This document shows, one piece after another, positions 19,101-31,158 of a stretch of 64,000 bases of DNA. Both the position numbers and the translations under genes were made by a program. The stretch is from the human T2T-CHM13v2.0 reference genome, Homo sapiens. The first letter of the stretch is position 1; the number at the start of each line of letters is the position of its first letter. The DNA lies in the NCBI GenBank assembly GCA_009914755.4, contig CP086569.2:23072001-23136000 (forward strand), in the 5' to 3' direction. The notes below the pieces were generated by a model. The model did no database searches, had not been told where the DNA came from, and was given only the letters and a program-made list of their open reading frames with translations.

Positions 19101-20459
19101 GGAAGTGTTACTCCTGGTGCCCCAGCCACTGTTTCAAGGTGCAGAGACTGACAAGCAGACCCCTGAGTCCTTGTCCTCCTGTCCAAGTAATATCCACAGA
19201 AATGGTAGAAGAGTGGCACATTAGACCTCATGACATTTTTAAGGCTGACCTCTTTATAAGCATCTCATCCAGGTATTTATGAGTTTTTCTCATTTATTGT
19301 ATTTATTTATATCTCTCATTTAAAAATCAATTTATGCTTAGAGGTATTTCAACATATAACCAAATGTTCAGAGCTATGACATACAGGTTTCAAGCTTGAA
19401 AGTCTGTACCTGCTATTACGGTGGGTAAAACACATCCAGCACTTACAAAAATACGTAATTATTAGGCATGACCACTGTAGTGGTCTCAAACATTCAAATT
19501 CTCCGCAAACCCATTTGAAAATATTCCTGGTGGTACTGAACACAGTACTTGCTGCTAATGAATAAAAAACAGTGTAAGCATTTTCTGGATACTGGACCAC
19601 CTCTGGCCTAGCTAGGTTAGATAAGGTGAGACAGCTCTGCCTAAGTGTCCTGCTGTCACGGGGACAAACCCCTCAGGAGCCCTGGACCAGTACATCACGA
19701 AGTCTAACACCCTGATAACACTATGCAGAAGGAACATCCCATGGAGAGACTCGTAGAAATAGAAGATGTCTGAGGATCTCAGCAGTCCAGCCCCCACTAT
19801 CTGAGTCATGCTAGCCATGGCACCATGGTGATGAGAAGACATCTGACAATGTCCCCATCCTGAGCCATCACTAGACTGCATCCTCCTGAGTACCCCTGAA
19901 CCACAATCATTTGGCTTACAGACTGTGAAAGACTGCAGAGACTGAAGTTAGTAAATTATAATTATTGTTTTAAGCCATTAAGTTTTAGGTAATTTTGAAA
20001 AGTACTTTAGACTCCTAGAAAAACTGAGTTGTCTACTGATTTGAGTAATTGTGGAGAGCTTTAAAGGCCAATGTCATGAATGCTAATACCCTGGAAAAGT
20101 CAAACCATCAAGACTCTTCAAAACACAATAGATATTTAATGTCCCTTTGCTATGGCTGGAGAATAATATAACGTATCTGACAGAGTTTTTTGAAAGCCTC
20201 TATTCACATCTCTTGGCTGGGTATGGGTCAATTCTGGTCTGGTTTAATTCTAGTCAATTGCAGCAATTCATCTTTTGTTTTAGGTCCTGGCCTACACTGA
20301 TTTTTTGATCACTGACCATGTCTGTGTCTGTGCGTGTATGTTTTGTGTGTTACCATACTTTATCTGAAGGGGCTAAATAATAGTGCTACAGTTGTTTTGT
20401 AAACATAAAGCATTCCACAAAGACGATATTGCTTATCTGCTGAGCTTTAAAACAGATAT

Positions 20460-20770
20460 GAGGCAGGGCATGGAGGCTCACACCTGCACTCCCAGCAGTT
20501 TGGCAGGCCAAGGTGGGCAGATCTCTCGATGTCAGGAGTTTGAGACAAGCCTGGCCAAGATGGCAAGATCCCATGTCTAGTATCATATCAAAGTTAGCCA
20601 GGCTTGGTGGCCCATGGATGTTATCCCAGCTACTCAGGAGGCTGATGCAGGAGAATCCATTGAACCCTGGGGAAGGAGTTTGCACGGTACTGAGATAACA
20701 CCACTGTGCTCCAGCCTGGGCACCAGAGTGAGACTCTGTCTCAAAAATAAAAAAAAAATAATAAAATAAT
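20460..20770 (+). mobile_element. Alu (sense) shared by both arms. Arm 2 counterpart at 49425-49740.
   Basis: Alu consensus with an A-rich tail at 20745-20775. Confidence 0.8.
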
Positions 20771-20814
20771 AAAACAGGAGAGATCACTGAAGAAAGAAAT
20801 GCATAAAACTGAGT

Positions 20815-21105
20815 GGGCATTGTGGCTCACGCCTGGGATCCCAGCATTTTGAGAGTCTGAGGTGGGTGGATCACTTGAGGACAGGAGTTCGAGACCAGCC
20901 TGAGCAAATATTGTGAAACCTCGTCTCTACTAAAAAAACAAACAAACAAAAATAGTTCGGATTAGTGTCATATACCTGCAGTCGCAGCTGCTCAGGAGGG
21001 TGTGACTGGACAATTGCTTGAAACCAGGATGGGGAGGTTGTAGTGAGCTTAGATCATGCCACTGCACTTCAGCCTAGGTGACAGAGCAGAATTCCATCTT
21101 AAAAA
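20815..21105 (+). mobile_element. Alu (sense) shared by both arms. Arm 2 counterpart at 49057-49365.
   Basis: Alu consensus. Confidence 0.8.
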
Positions 21106-21124
21106 AACTCAAATAGAGAAAAAG

Positions 21125-21230
21125 ATAGGAAGGAAGGAAGGAAGGTAGGAAGGAAGGAAGGTAGGAAGGAAAGAAGGAAGGAAGGACGGATGGAGGGAGG
21201 GAGGAAGGGAAGAAGGGAGAAAGGAGACAA
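21125..21230. repeat. (GGAA)n/(GGAAGG)n purine-rich microsatellite in arm 1.
   Basis: Direct reading of GGAAGGAAGG... runs. Confidence 0.9.
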
Positions 21231-21859
21231 TTAAAGGCATAAAACCAACAGGAAATGAATAAAAATAAAAAGATGCCATTTTGCCCATTATACACATGAA
21301 TTTTTGAACTATGTTTGAAATAATATCTAGGTCTCTAGTTGACTAACTGAAGATTAAAATAAGCCGGCATCAAAATTACTCATGTAACTATGGGTGTTAA
21401 CTATGATTCTTGTAGTTTTCAACAACCAAATTCTAATTAATATTTGTCATCAAATCACATACTACTAGGGGCAGGGTAGTCTGTGTTATGCTGCCTAATC
21501 TACACTAGATTAAAAAAGAAATCAAATCTGCAAAAGGCTTTACAGTTACTATTATCAGTAAAGAGTGTTTTGTTTCCCAACTTGTGGACAGTTTTATTTC
21601 CACAGTGTTGATAGCTCTGGCAGAAAGCCTTCTTGGTCCAAACTCACCCTTTATCATCACAGTATTTACATGTTCAGGCATTAAGGGGAAAGAGCATCCA
21701 ATCCCACTGCTTTCCTGCATTGATTCCCATGCACAAGCAAAAGTGCTGTGTTAGCGGCTATCAAATATTCAAATATTTGATGAAGGAAATTTGTGTTTCC
21801 AAACTGTAAAACAAAAATATTACCATCCGTTGTATTTGTATTATTTATTTACTTAGAGG

Positions 21860-21990
21860 CAGGGTCTTGCTCTGTCATCAGGCTGAATCATACATCACTG
21901 CAGTCTCAGACTTTTGGCCTCAGAGGATACTCCAATCTCAGCCTCCCAAAGTATTGAAATTACAGACTTAAGCCATTGTACCCAGGCTCA
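21860..21990 (-). mobile_element. Partial Alu (antisense) at the inner end of arm 1.
   Basis: Matches the Alu left-monomer antisense (…GGGTCTTGCTCTGTCATCAGGCTG…). Confidence 0.6.
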
Positions 21991-22205
21991 AGTTTAGAGA
22001 TAAATGCTAATGAATATATTATAAACCATATAAATAAACATAATTGCAGGCTCTCCAGAACTGTAAGAAACCACTGAAAAACTACCATTGTGGACAAGGC
22101 TGCTGGCAACAATGTAATGCAAGCAAAGGAGTGGGTCCTTCCCCACTGAGTCTTCAGATGATACCAAAGGCCAGCTTGGCATTTCCACTGCAGCTTTTTG
22201 AGAGA

Positions 22206-22252
22206 ACATGCAACATAGGTGTGTGCGTTTGTGTGTGTGTGTTTGTGTGTGT
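22206..22252. repeat. (GT)n microsatellite, imperfect.
   Basis: GTGTGTGCGTTTGTGTGTGTGTGTTTGTGTGTGTGT. Confidence 0.9.
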
Positions 22253-23350
22253 GTAAGCATACATACAAAACCTGTTGAACAAACTAGGATCACCCACACA
22301 ATGGAATATGATGCAGCTTTTCGTAGATCTGTTAGAATTCATCCTGAATCAATCAGTTCCTGGGTTTTATTTATTTATTTTTTTGGCTGGTTGGTTACTT
22401 ATTACTAATGATTCCATTTTGGAAATTGAAATTGGACAGGTTGGAGCTGAGACTGGGTCCACTTAGGTTCTGCTGTGGAATGGAGAATGGCAAGCCTGTA
22501 ATTTTGGCTGTGATGGTTACTGGAAGGTCTCTGCATGGATGGGCTAGCTTTCTGCCTGCAGCAAGAGGTCCTCGGACTGACTATCAGCTCCCTTGACATC
22601 TGCTGTCACAGTGGGAGGGGCTGGAGCTGAGACTGCGATTCTCTGTTTCTGAATAAAGTCATGTGCTCTAGAGATTCTAATGCCCAGAGATTTCCATTAG
22701 ATATATCAGAAGTGATCTTCCTTCCAGGGGTACTAAGGCTTATTATATAAACTACTTGCACACTGGGTCCACGTAGGGCCAGAAACTTCATCCTTCACTA
22801 CTAAATTGCCTCTGCTTTTCAGCCTGGGGATGGGTGGAGCACACAGGGTTAGGACGGTCAAAAGTATGGCAGCTGAGATTGGGTGGGGACACATGCCCCT
22901 TCTGTGGATAGTCATCAAGCTGCTGCTTTGTCACAGCCTTGGAAGTTTTGCAGAGAAAATCAGGGTTGGATATGGCAGTCGGCCAGTGATTTGAGCCTGG
23001 CAGACTCCTCAACCATGGTTGGTTGCTGCAGAATGATGCTGTTGCCTAGTTTTTCTGGTGGTGCACCTCTGCTGGCTGGAAAGCAAAGCCACCAGTAAGA
23101 TTACTGTCATGGTCAATGTGAGCCCCATGCATGTACTTTGTTTCTAACTGACCCCAGTTGTCTAATACCCCTAGTGTTTCCCACAGGGTAAGACTAGAGA
23201 GAACATCATGTAAAGAATTGCAAAATGGAAAAGAAAAGGCTGAATGTACACCTTCAACTCTCTCCACCCTGAAGAAACAGTGAGTCTGGGGAAATTTTTT
23301 GTATGCAACACTGTGCTGGCTTGGGGAGGAGAAAAGTATCAGATTAAAAC

Positions 23351-23665
23351 TGTTCTTTTGGCCGGGCACAGTGGCTCATGCCTGTAATCCCAGCATTTGG
23401 GGAGGCCAAGGCAGGCAGATCACGAGGTCAGGAGATCAAGACTATCCTGGCTAACACAGTGAAACCCCGTCTCTACTAAAAATACAAAAAATTAGCTGGG
23501 TGTGGTGGCAGGCACCTGTAGTCCCAGCTACTCAGGAGACTAAGGCAGGAGAATGGCGTGAACCCGGGAGGCGGAGCTTGCAGTGAGCCGAGATCACACC
23601 ATGGCACTCCAGCCTGGGCAACAGAGGGAGACTCCGCCTCAAAAAAAAAAAAAAAAAAAAAAAAA
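23351..23665 (+). mobile_element. AluY-like element with a long poly-A tail.
   Basis: Near-consensus GGCCGGGCACAGTGGCTCATGCCTGTAATCCCAGCA... followed by ~27 A. Confidence 0.85.
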
Positions 23666-23892
23666 ACTGTTCTTTTATTCTATGTGTGTGGCTATTCTCA
23701 GTTCTACAACTGAAGAAGGTGTCACAGATTCAATCCCAAGTTATAGAATCATTCACTAAGGTGTCCTTATCTAAGGATAGCTGTGAGTTGAGGTTTTGGT
23801 TTTGCAGAGAGGGAGGGAGTTAGGAGAATCACAGAATGCCTATTCTGTCACATCAGACCCTAGAAACAGGCAAGTTGAAAGACTGGTTCAGG

Positions 23893-24190
23893 CTGAGCAC
23901 AGTGGCTCATGCAAGTAACCCCAGCACTTTCAGAGGCCAAGGTGGGCATATCATGAGGTCAGGAGGTCAAGACCACACTGGCTAACAGGGTGAAATCCCC
24001 TCTTTACTAAACATACCAAAAAATAAAAAATTAGCCAGGTCTGGTGGCACGTGCCTGTAGTACCAGCTACATGGAATGTTGAGGCAGGAGTATCTCTTGA
24101 ACCCAGGAGGTAGAGGTCAAAGTGAGCTGGGATCATGCCACTGCACTCCAACCTGGGTGACAAAGTGAGATCAGATCTCAAAGAAAAAAT
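23893..24190 (+). mobile_element. Alu (sense), diverged.
   Basis: Alu consensus similarity. Confidence 0.75.
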
Positions 24191-25139
24191 AGTGGTCCTA
24201 AGGGAGGAGGAGTTTAAAATGTTGGGGTGTTTCCATGGAAAAGCTGAAAGCTAGAGCAAACCAAGGGTTGGATTTAAGGAAGAGCTCACAGGACCACTGA
24301 AAACTACCTCTTTGTCCTCTATGGAATGCAGGAAATAGCAAATTCTGAGCTCCACTGCTTACTGATATAGGCAAGTTATCAGCCAGAGATACATATCTTA
24401 ATCTGTTTGTGTTCCTATAAAAGACTATGAGACTGGAAAATTTATAAAGAAAAGAGCTTTCATTGGATCTTGGTTCTGCAGGCTGTAAAAGATGTGTGGT
24501 GCCAGCATCTGCATCTGGCGAAAGCCTCGCCAGGTTTCCACTCAGGACAGAAGGTAAAAGGAAAACAGACATGTCAGGTGTGGAGAGAGCAAGAGAGAGA
24601 AGAGGAGAAGGTATCAGGCTCTTTTCAACAACTTCTTTGGATGTAATCTCCACCGTGGGAACTAATACAGTGGAAAACTCACTTAATAACCATGGTGAGG
24701 GCACCAAGCCATTTATGACGGATCCATCCCCATGACACAAACAAACACCTCCCACTAGATGCCATTAACAATGTGGAGGACCACATTTCAACCTGAGGCT
24801 TGGAGGGACAAATGTCCAAACTATATCAATAGGCAAGTTTAAAAATCATGCCGAGTTACAGTAAAACAATCCTTTTTCCTCTTTAGAATCCTGGAACTAC
24901 AAAAAGCTGGGATTCATTAGCTTCCCGAGATTGGCAAGTTAGTATTCAGACTCTTAGGCAGCAACCTGAGAAGTCAGGGCCATAGTTGGGTAATCTGACT
25001 TCTTGGAAGGAAAATTTGGAAGCTCTATATATTGTTAGAGTGAGGGATGATGAAGACTGATGAGAAATGCCTATGTGCCTGCTCTCAGAGGATCCTGACA
25101 GATCCAAGTCAGGAGAACTGGCAGAAGCTATTAAAGTCA

Positions 25140-25695
<556 letters not shown>

Positions 25696-26214
25696 TTAAT
25701 ACTTCAGTCCTCTGAGAGAAGCTGTGAAATAACAGTTCCCTATTGACTCTAGGGCACTGTGTCAGACACAAACTCTAGAACAAGATCATGATTCAGTTTT
25801 TCTTACCTCTTTTTAAGTGAGCATTTTCACAATCCTATGTGCAAGAGTATCTCAACTAGTTTCTGAGTTTATCTCATAGGGAATTGATGTGGGTGTGGCT
25901 TTTATTTGTTGCATTTGTGGATGGAGGAACAAATTAGAGCCTTCTATTTTATCAACTTGTTGGAGATATCCTTTTTATTATTTTTTTACTTATTTTAAAA
26001 AATTTGTACATAACAGTCATAGATACTTTTGGCATACCTGCCATATTTTGATACAAGCAATGTGTACTGGTAAGGACGGGATCAAAGAGCTGATGAGGGT
26101 GGGTTAAATTATAGTTGCTTAGAAGGAATAAGATCTAGTGTTCGGTAGCACAGAATGAGTACATTTAATTATGATTTATTGTATATCTCAAAAGAATTAA
26201 TAGAGTGAAGGAGG

Positions 26215-26475
26215 AATGTCGCCCAGGTTAGAATGCATGGCATAATATCGGCTCACTGCAGGCTCAGCCGCCCAGGTTCAAATGATTCTACTGCCTGAGC
26301 CTCCCAATTAACTGTAACAGTACAGGCATGTGCCACCACACATGGCTAATTTTTATATTTTTGCTAGAGATGGGATTTCATGATGTTGGCCAGCCTGGTC
26401 TTGAACTCCTGACCTAAAGTGATCTGCAAGCCTTGGCCTCCCCAAATGTTGGAATTAAAGACCTGAGCCATCACA
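26215..26475 (-). mobile_element. Alu (antisense), partial.
   Basis: Antisense Alu consensus. Confidence 0.7.
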
Positions 26476-26951
26476 ACTGGACAGTAAGATATGCAAAACT
26501 AGGGAGTTTTATCTTTTCACTTCATCCTCACAATCCTACAGCTGAATAAAAACACAACTTCACAACATGAATAACTCACTTGAAAATCGAAGTTGGTAAC
26601 TTCTCCCTTTAAAATTATTTGCACCCTTACCCTATAAAAAGTGATGATCTTGTCAAAATTTTCTCAGGAAAATACTCCTTCCTTGCAGATTAGTCTGTTA
26701 ATTGTAAGAATTATGGACGGCAAAACTTCTGGAACTTCATGTATTTCATTTTTCTAGGTTGCATAATCAGGAAAATAAATCGACTTAGTTATTTAGGTCC
26801 AAATCTTTTTATTTTTATCATTCGATGATTGCTCAAACCTTTAAGCAATCCATCTGAAACTTTATGCTGTTGTTTATGTTTTATACACTTCATTTTCCCA
26901 AAAGTATGAGGTAAATCATTTCCATTCATATCATCAATTAAATTTGATAGG

Positions 26952-27230
26952 CTGAGTGCAGGGGCTAATGCCTGTAATCTTAGCACTTTGGGGGTCCAAG
27001 GAGGGTGGATCAGGATTTTTAAGAACGGCCTGGCAAACATGGTGAAACCCTGTCTGTACTAACAATACAAAAAATTAGCGAGCTGTGGTGCACACATCTC
27101 TAATAACAGTTACTCAGGATGCTGAGGCAAAAGAATAGCTTGGACCCAGAAGGCAGAGGTTGAAGTAAGGCAAGATGGAGCCACTGCAGTCCAACTTGGG
27201 CGACAAAGCTACACTCCATCTCAAAAAAAA
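26952..27230 (+). mobile_element. Alu (sense), diverged.
   Basis: Alu consensus similarity with a poly-A tail at 27220-27230. Confidence 0.75.
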
Positions 27231-28114
27231 ATTTTGATAAAATCCCAACCATTCTAGATTATCTCTATTTGTAAGAACTTATTACTAAATCATTACTTAC
27301 AATAACCATTGTCAAAACTTTCAAGAAAAAACTAACATGAGTACCTCCCAAGATAAAACACCTACTTTCCACTATTTAAACTAGGAACATTTAATTTCAT
27401 TATGTTATTCACTTGAGAAACTTAGCTGGTTCAGTTTTGATTTAGGTAAAAAAAAAAGGTTTCATTACCATTATACCCCTTCAGTCACAGAATGCTTCAG
27501 GTAGAATGTTCCAGATGTTTTAAACTTTAGTATCAACCACATCTAATTATTTCCGTTCACCTGTACTATTCCTCTAAAAAATAAATGTTTTATGATGAGG
27601 CAGACAGTTTTGTAGTCCTTCTGAAGGAGTCTCAAACATTTCAAGCTTGTAAGTTTTTAAAGAGAAAAGGCCTAATTAGAAAACTTGTGCAGCTTGCAGG
27701 GAGATGTAACATATGCCTAATTTTGTATATATTTATGTTCAGAGAAACAAAGGAAAATGTTCAACAAAAACACAATTTACTCTTCTATTGTATTTGCTTT
27801 TAAGCATGTGCAGCTAACCAATAACATCAGCTATTTTGCATTACATGTAAAATTTTTTCTGAAATTTTTAATGTAGATATTACATCTAAACAGATAGTTT
27901 TCAAATAGCATTAACAAGTATGAAATTACTCCGAAAAAAATTGTTTTCCTTGGAATACCTCAACAGATTGATGGAGGAAGTTAGTATCTACATCTCTCCC
28001 CAATACTAACATGTTTCTTTCAGTAATATGCAGGTAACAATGTAGAAATAACACGTCAATTTTCAATTTGCAAACAAGCTTTGGTATGCAATAGCTACTA
28101 TTTGGAATACTTGC

Positions 28115-28120
28115 TTTAAT
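28115..28120 (-). promoter_or_regulatory. Candidate poly(A) signal ATTAAA, 8 nt downstream of the RBMY-like stop codon.
   Basis: The top strand has TTTAAT at 28115-28120. No AATAAA occurs in the next ~300 nt downstream. Confidence 0.35.
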
Positions 28121-28127
28121 ATCTGCT

Positions 28128-28417
28128 TCAGTCTCCTTTTTCAGATCTACTTTCCCGACCATCTATTGTAGATGCCACATAACTTGAGCTACCATATGCT
28201 TCACGACGAGCAGGGTGCACCCTATCCAGAGAAAGTGGATTCCTTTGGTCTTTTCTGCCAACGTGCTCATGACCACAAAAATAAAAATCACCGCAGCTTC
28301 TTGAGTAACTCTCCTGACTTCTGCCATATCTATCTAGTGTATTGTTATAATCAGGGCGGCTGCTTCCACCATAAGACATCCGAGGCCCTCGTGCAGGTGG
28401 TGCACCATGAGAGGTCC
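28128..28417 (-). CDS. RBMY: RBMY-like terminal coding exon: (G)[95 protein letters not shown]. The stop TGA lies where RBMY1 continues for about four more residues.
   Basis: Acceptor CCTGCAG. The ORF is in the supplied track (28128..28379, minus). Confidence 0.75.
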
Positions 28418-28831
28418 CTGCAGGCTGATAAAATAATATGTTGGACTACAATTAAACATTTTTTACTGCCATCACTAAAGGATGAATTAGTTAAATTACT
28501 ATTTGGAAATATCTGCTTTCCTCTGCCCTTGTTGACAGGATAGATATTAATTAAGCCTGCATTGGTCAGAAGGTTTTATTTAAAAGTAGTGTGAGAGTAG
28601 TATTTTGAAGCTTAACAAATTTAATCCTAAAGTAAACATTGAGTCATATTTTCTGCACGTGAACTGAAGTTCTCTCCTTCATATCGTTCCCTATGCTTTA
28701 TACTGTTAAGAATACTCAATATTTAAACATGCTATATTGTCCTTTATAATTTTCCTTAGAATTTCATTAAAATAATGATCTGGTCTATTACATAAAATTC
28801 TGTAATTTAAAAATCCATCCTAGACTCTTAC

Positions 28832-28922
28832 CATATCCCTGAAATGCATCTCTGTAAGAACTTCCACTTGTATGTTCAGAATGATCTCTACCACTGGTCT
28901 CACCATAGCCAACAGGATCAGT
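28832..28922 (-). CDS. RBMY: RBMY-like exon homolog: (T)[29 protein letters not shown](G). The donor GGTAAGAG is present. No AG dinucleotide occurs in the ~100 nt upstream, so the 5' limit is uncertain.
   Basis: Colinear with RBMY ...[28 protein letters not shown] scanned the minus strand from 28923 to 28992 and found no AG. Confidence 0.5.
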
Positions 28923-29000
28923 AAATTGAAAAAAGTTTTTAAATGTCAGAATAAACAATTTAAGAAACCCGTTTGATGAATCCAGATAACATTATAGTAC

Positions 29001-29111
29001 CTATATCCTACAGAGGAATGTTCATCCCGACTAGAACGACCATAATCACAGTATGCATAGTCTCTAGGTGGTGGAGCATAATCCCTGGTTTCTCAGGAGC
29101 GTGGATGATTT
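29001..29111 (-). CDS. RBMY: SRGY-box exon B (111 nt): [35 protein letters not shown]. In-frame TGA at top-strand 29093-29095.
   Basis: Tandem duplicate of exon A together with ~370 bp of flanking intron. The stop is at the identical position. Confidence 0.7.
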
Positions 29112-29476
29112 CTGTGTGTGTAAGTTTAAGCAACAAATTTTAAATTTTCAACTTCTAATATCCAAAATATAACTAAATTACAACTTAAACATAATTAAAT
29201 TGCCTAACATCTAAACAGATATTTCTCCAAATAAAATAGGGAAACGCCCAAAAAGCGCATGGAACAGATACTCATAATCAGTGGTTCAGAAAATGCATTT
29301 CAAATCCAAAATGAGATTCCAGACTTCATAAACACACTGGAATGGCAATAAATTTTAAAAAGCAGGAAAGAGCAAGTGTTTGAGAGTATGTAGATAAACT
29401 GGAACCCTGATACAACATTAGTTAGAATGAATAATTTAAGAAATCTTTTTGACAAATCCAGAAAAAGTTGTAGTAC

Positions 29477-29578
29477 CTATATCCTCTAGAAGAATGTTCA
29501 TCCCAGCTAGAATGACCATAATCATGGTATGCATAGTCTCTAGGTGGTGTCCTAGTTTCTCAGGAGCTTGGATGATTT
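29477..29578 (-). CDS. RBMY: SRGY-box exon A (102 nt, with a 9-bp in-frame deletion): [32 protein letters not shown]. In-frame TGA at top-strand 29560-29562.
   Basis: Acceptor ACACAG, donor GTACTA. A stop replaces the conserved Arg of the SRETRDY motif, consistent with CGA>TGA. Confidence 0.7.
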
Positions 29579-29604
29579 CTGTGTTCATAAGTTTAAGGAA
29601 GTCA

Positions 29605-30190
29605 GTGCGGCGATTCCTCAGGGATCTAGAACTAGAAATACCATTTGACCCAGCCATCCTATTACTGGGTATATACCCAAAGGTTTGTAAATCACGCTGC
29701 TATAAAGACACATGCACACGTATGTTTATTGAGGGCCTATTCACAATAGCAAAGACTTGGAACTAACCCAAATGTCCAACAATGATAGACTAGATCAAGA
29801 AAATGTGGCACATATACACCATGAAATACTATGCAGCCATGCAAAATGACGAGTTCATGTCCTTTATAGGGACATGGATGAAGCTAGAAACCATCATTCT
29901 CAGCAAACTATGGCAAGGACAAAAAACCAAACACTGCATGTTCTCACTCATAGGTGGTAACTGAACAATGAGAACACATGGACACAGGAAGGGGAACATC
30001 ACACACTGGGGCCTGTTGTGGGGTGGGGGAAGGGGGGAAGGATAGCATCAGGAGATACACCTAATGTTAAATGAAGACCTAATGGGTGCAGCACACCAAC
30101 ATGGCACATGTATACATATGTAACAAGCCTACACGTTGTGCACATGGACCCTAAAACTTCAAAGTATAATAAAAAATTAAATTAAATTAA
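29605..30190 (+). mobile_element. L1 3'-end fragment (ORF2 C-terminus, 3'UTR and an A-rich tail) inserted in the intron just upstream of SRGY exon A.
   Basis: Near-identical to the 3' end of the young L1 at 9740-10340 (…[16 protein letters not shown]…). It interrupts one copy of the duplicated SRGY unit. Confidence 0.8.
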
Positions 30191-30439
30191 AAAAATTTAA
30201 ATTTTCAATTCTAGTATCCAAAGCATAACTAAGTTACAACTTAAACAAAATTAAAAGGCCAAACATCTAAATAGATATTTCTCCAAATAAAATAGGCAAA
30301 TGCCCAAAAAGCACATGGAACAGATACTCACAATCAGTGATTCAGAAAATGCATTTCAAATCCAAAATGAGATACCATACTTCACACACACACTGGAATG
30401 GCAATAAATTTTAAAAAGCAGGAAATAACAAGTGTTTGA

Positions 30440-30720
30440 GAGGATGCAGATAAATTGGAATGCTGATACAATGCTAGTTGGAATGCAAAAGGATGGAGCT
30501 ACCATGGAGAAGTGTGGTGGTTCCTCAAGAAAATACATAATTATCATAGTACCAAAAAATTCCACTCATATACACACAGAATTGAATAAGTGTATTCAAA
30601 CAAACATCATTGCATAGAAATACTGGGGTGGAAACAACCCAAATAAAATAATGGGTTAATAGCTTGTAGAAGGAGTGAAGTGCTATGATGTAAATCAGCC
30701 TTCAGGTCATCATGCAAAAG
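30440..30720 (+). mobile_element. Ancient L1 ORF2-derived segment within an RBMY-like intron. It hosts the breakpoint of the SRGY-unit duplication (partial copy at 29390-29430).
   Basis: Translation resembles ...GEDVEKLEPLYTVGGNV.../...MQKDGATMEKCGG... (old L1 ORF2). Confidence 0.5.
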
Positions 30721-31043
30721 CAAAGGAGACTGATACAAAAAGTCATGTAGTGTTTGAGCCCATTAACATTAAATGCCCACAACAGTAAGTTCAGACGCAG
30801 AACACTGATTAGTGTTTGCTAGCAGCTGAGGAAAGGGAGAAAATGGAAGGGACTGCTTAACTGGTAATTGGAGTTTTAGTTTGGAGTGAGGAAAATGTTT
30901 TGGAACTCGATGGAGGTAGTTGTTGCATGACACAGCATGTATTAAATGCCACTTAACTGTTTACCTTATAATATTTCATTTTGTTATGTAAATTTCATCA
31001 CCACAACAAAAAAAAATCAACTTTTTAAAAATTTTTCCTTTAC

Positions 31044-31158
31044 CTCTCCTTAGTTGCATAACCATCGTCTCTTAGAGACATGTGGTCATTTCTCCAGGAA
31101 GAGATTGGCCGTCTACGTGTAGGACCTCCATAATTCTCTCTTCCACATGATATGGGAC
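31044..31158 (-). CDS. RBMY: RBMY-like exon: [38 protein letters not shown].
   Basis: Acceptor ATTAAAG, donor GTAAAG. 115 nt. Phase is consistent with the neighbouring exons. Confidence 0.7.

Noticed and set aside
24198-24755. 185-aa minus-strand ORF in the spacer.
   Set aside because: It lies in what appears to be an interspersed-repeat fragment. I recognise no homology, no splice or promoter context, and no conservation signal.
29436-29657. Supplied-track ORF (73 aa, minus) over SRGY exon A.
   Set aside because: It is in the wrong frame. The RBMY-homologous frame is a different one and contains the TGA.
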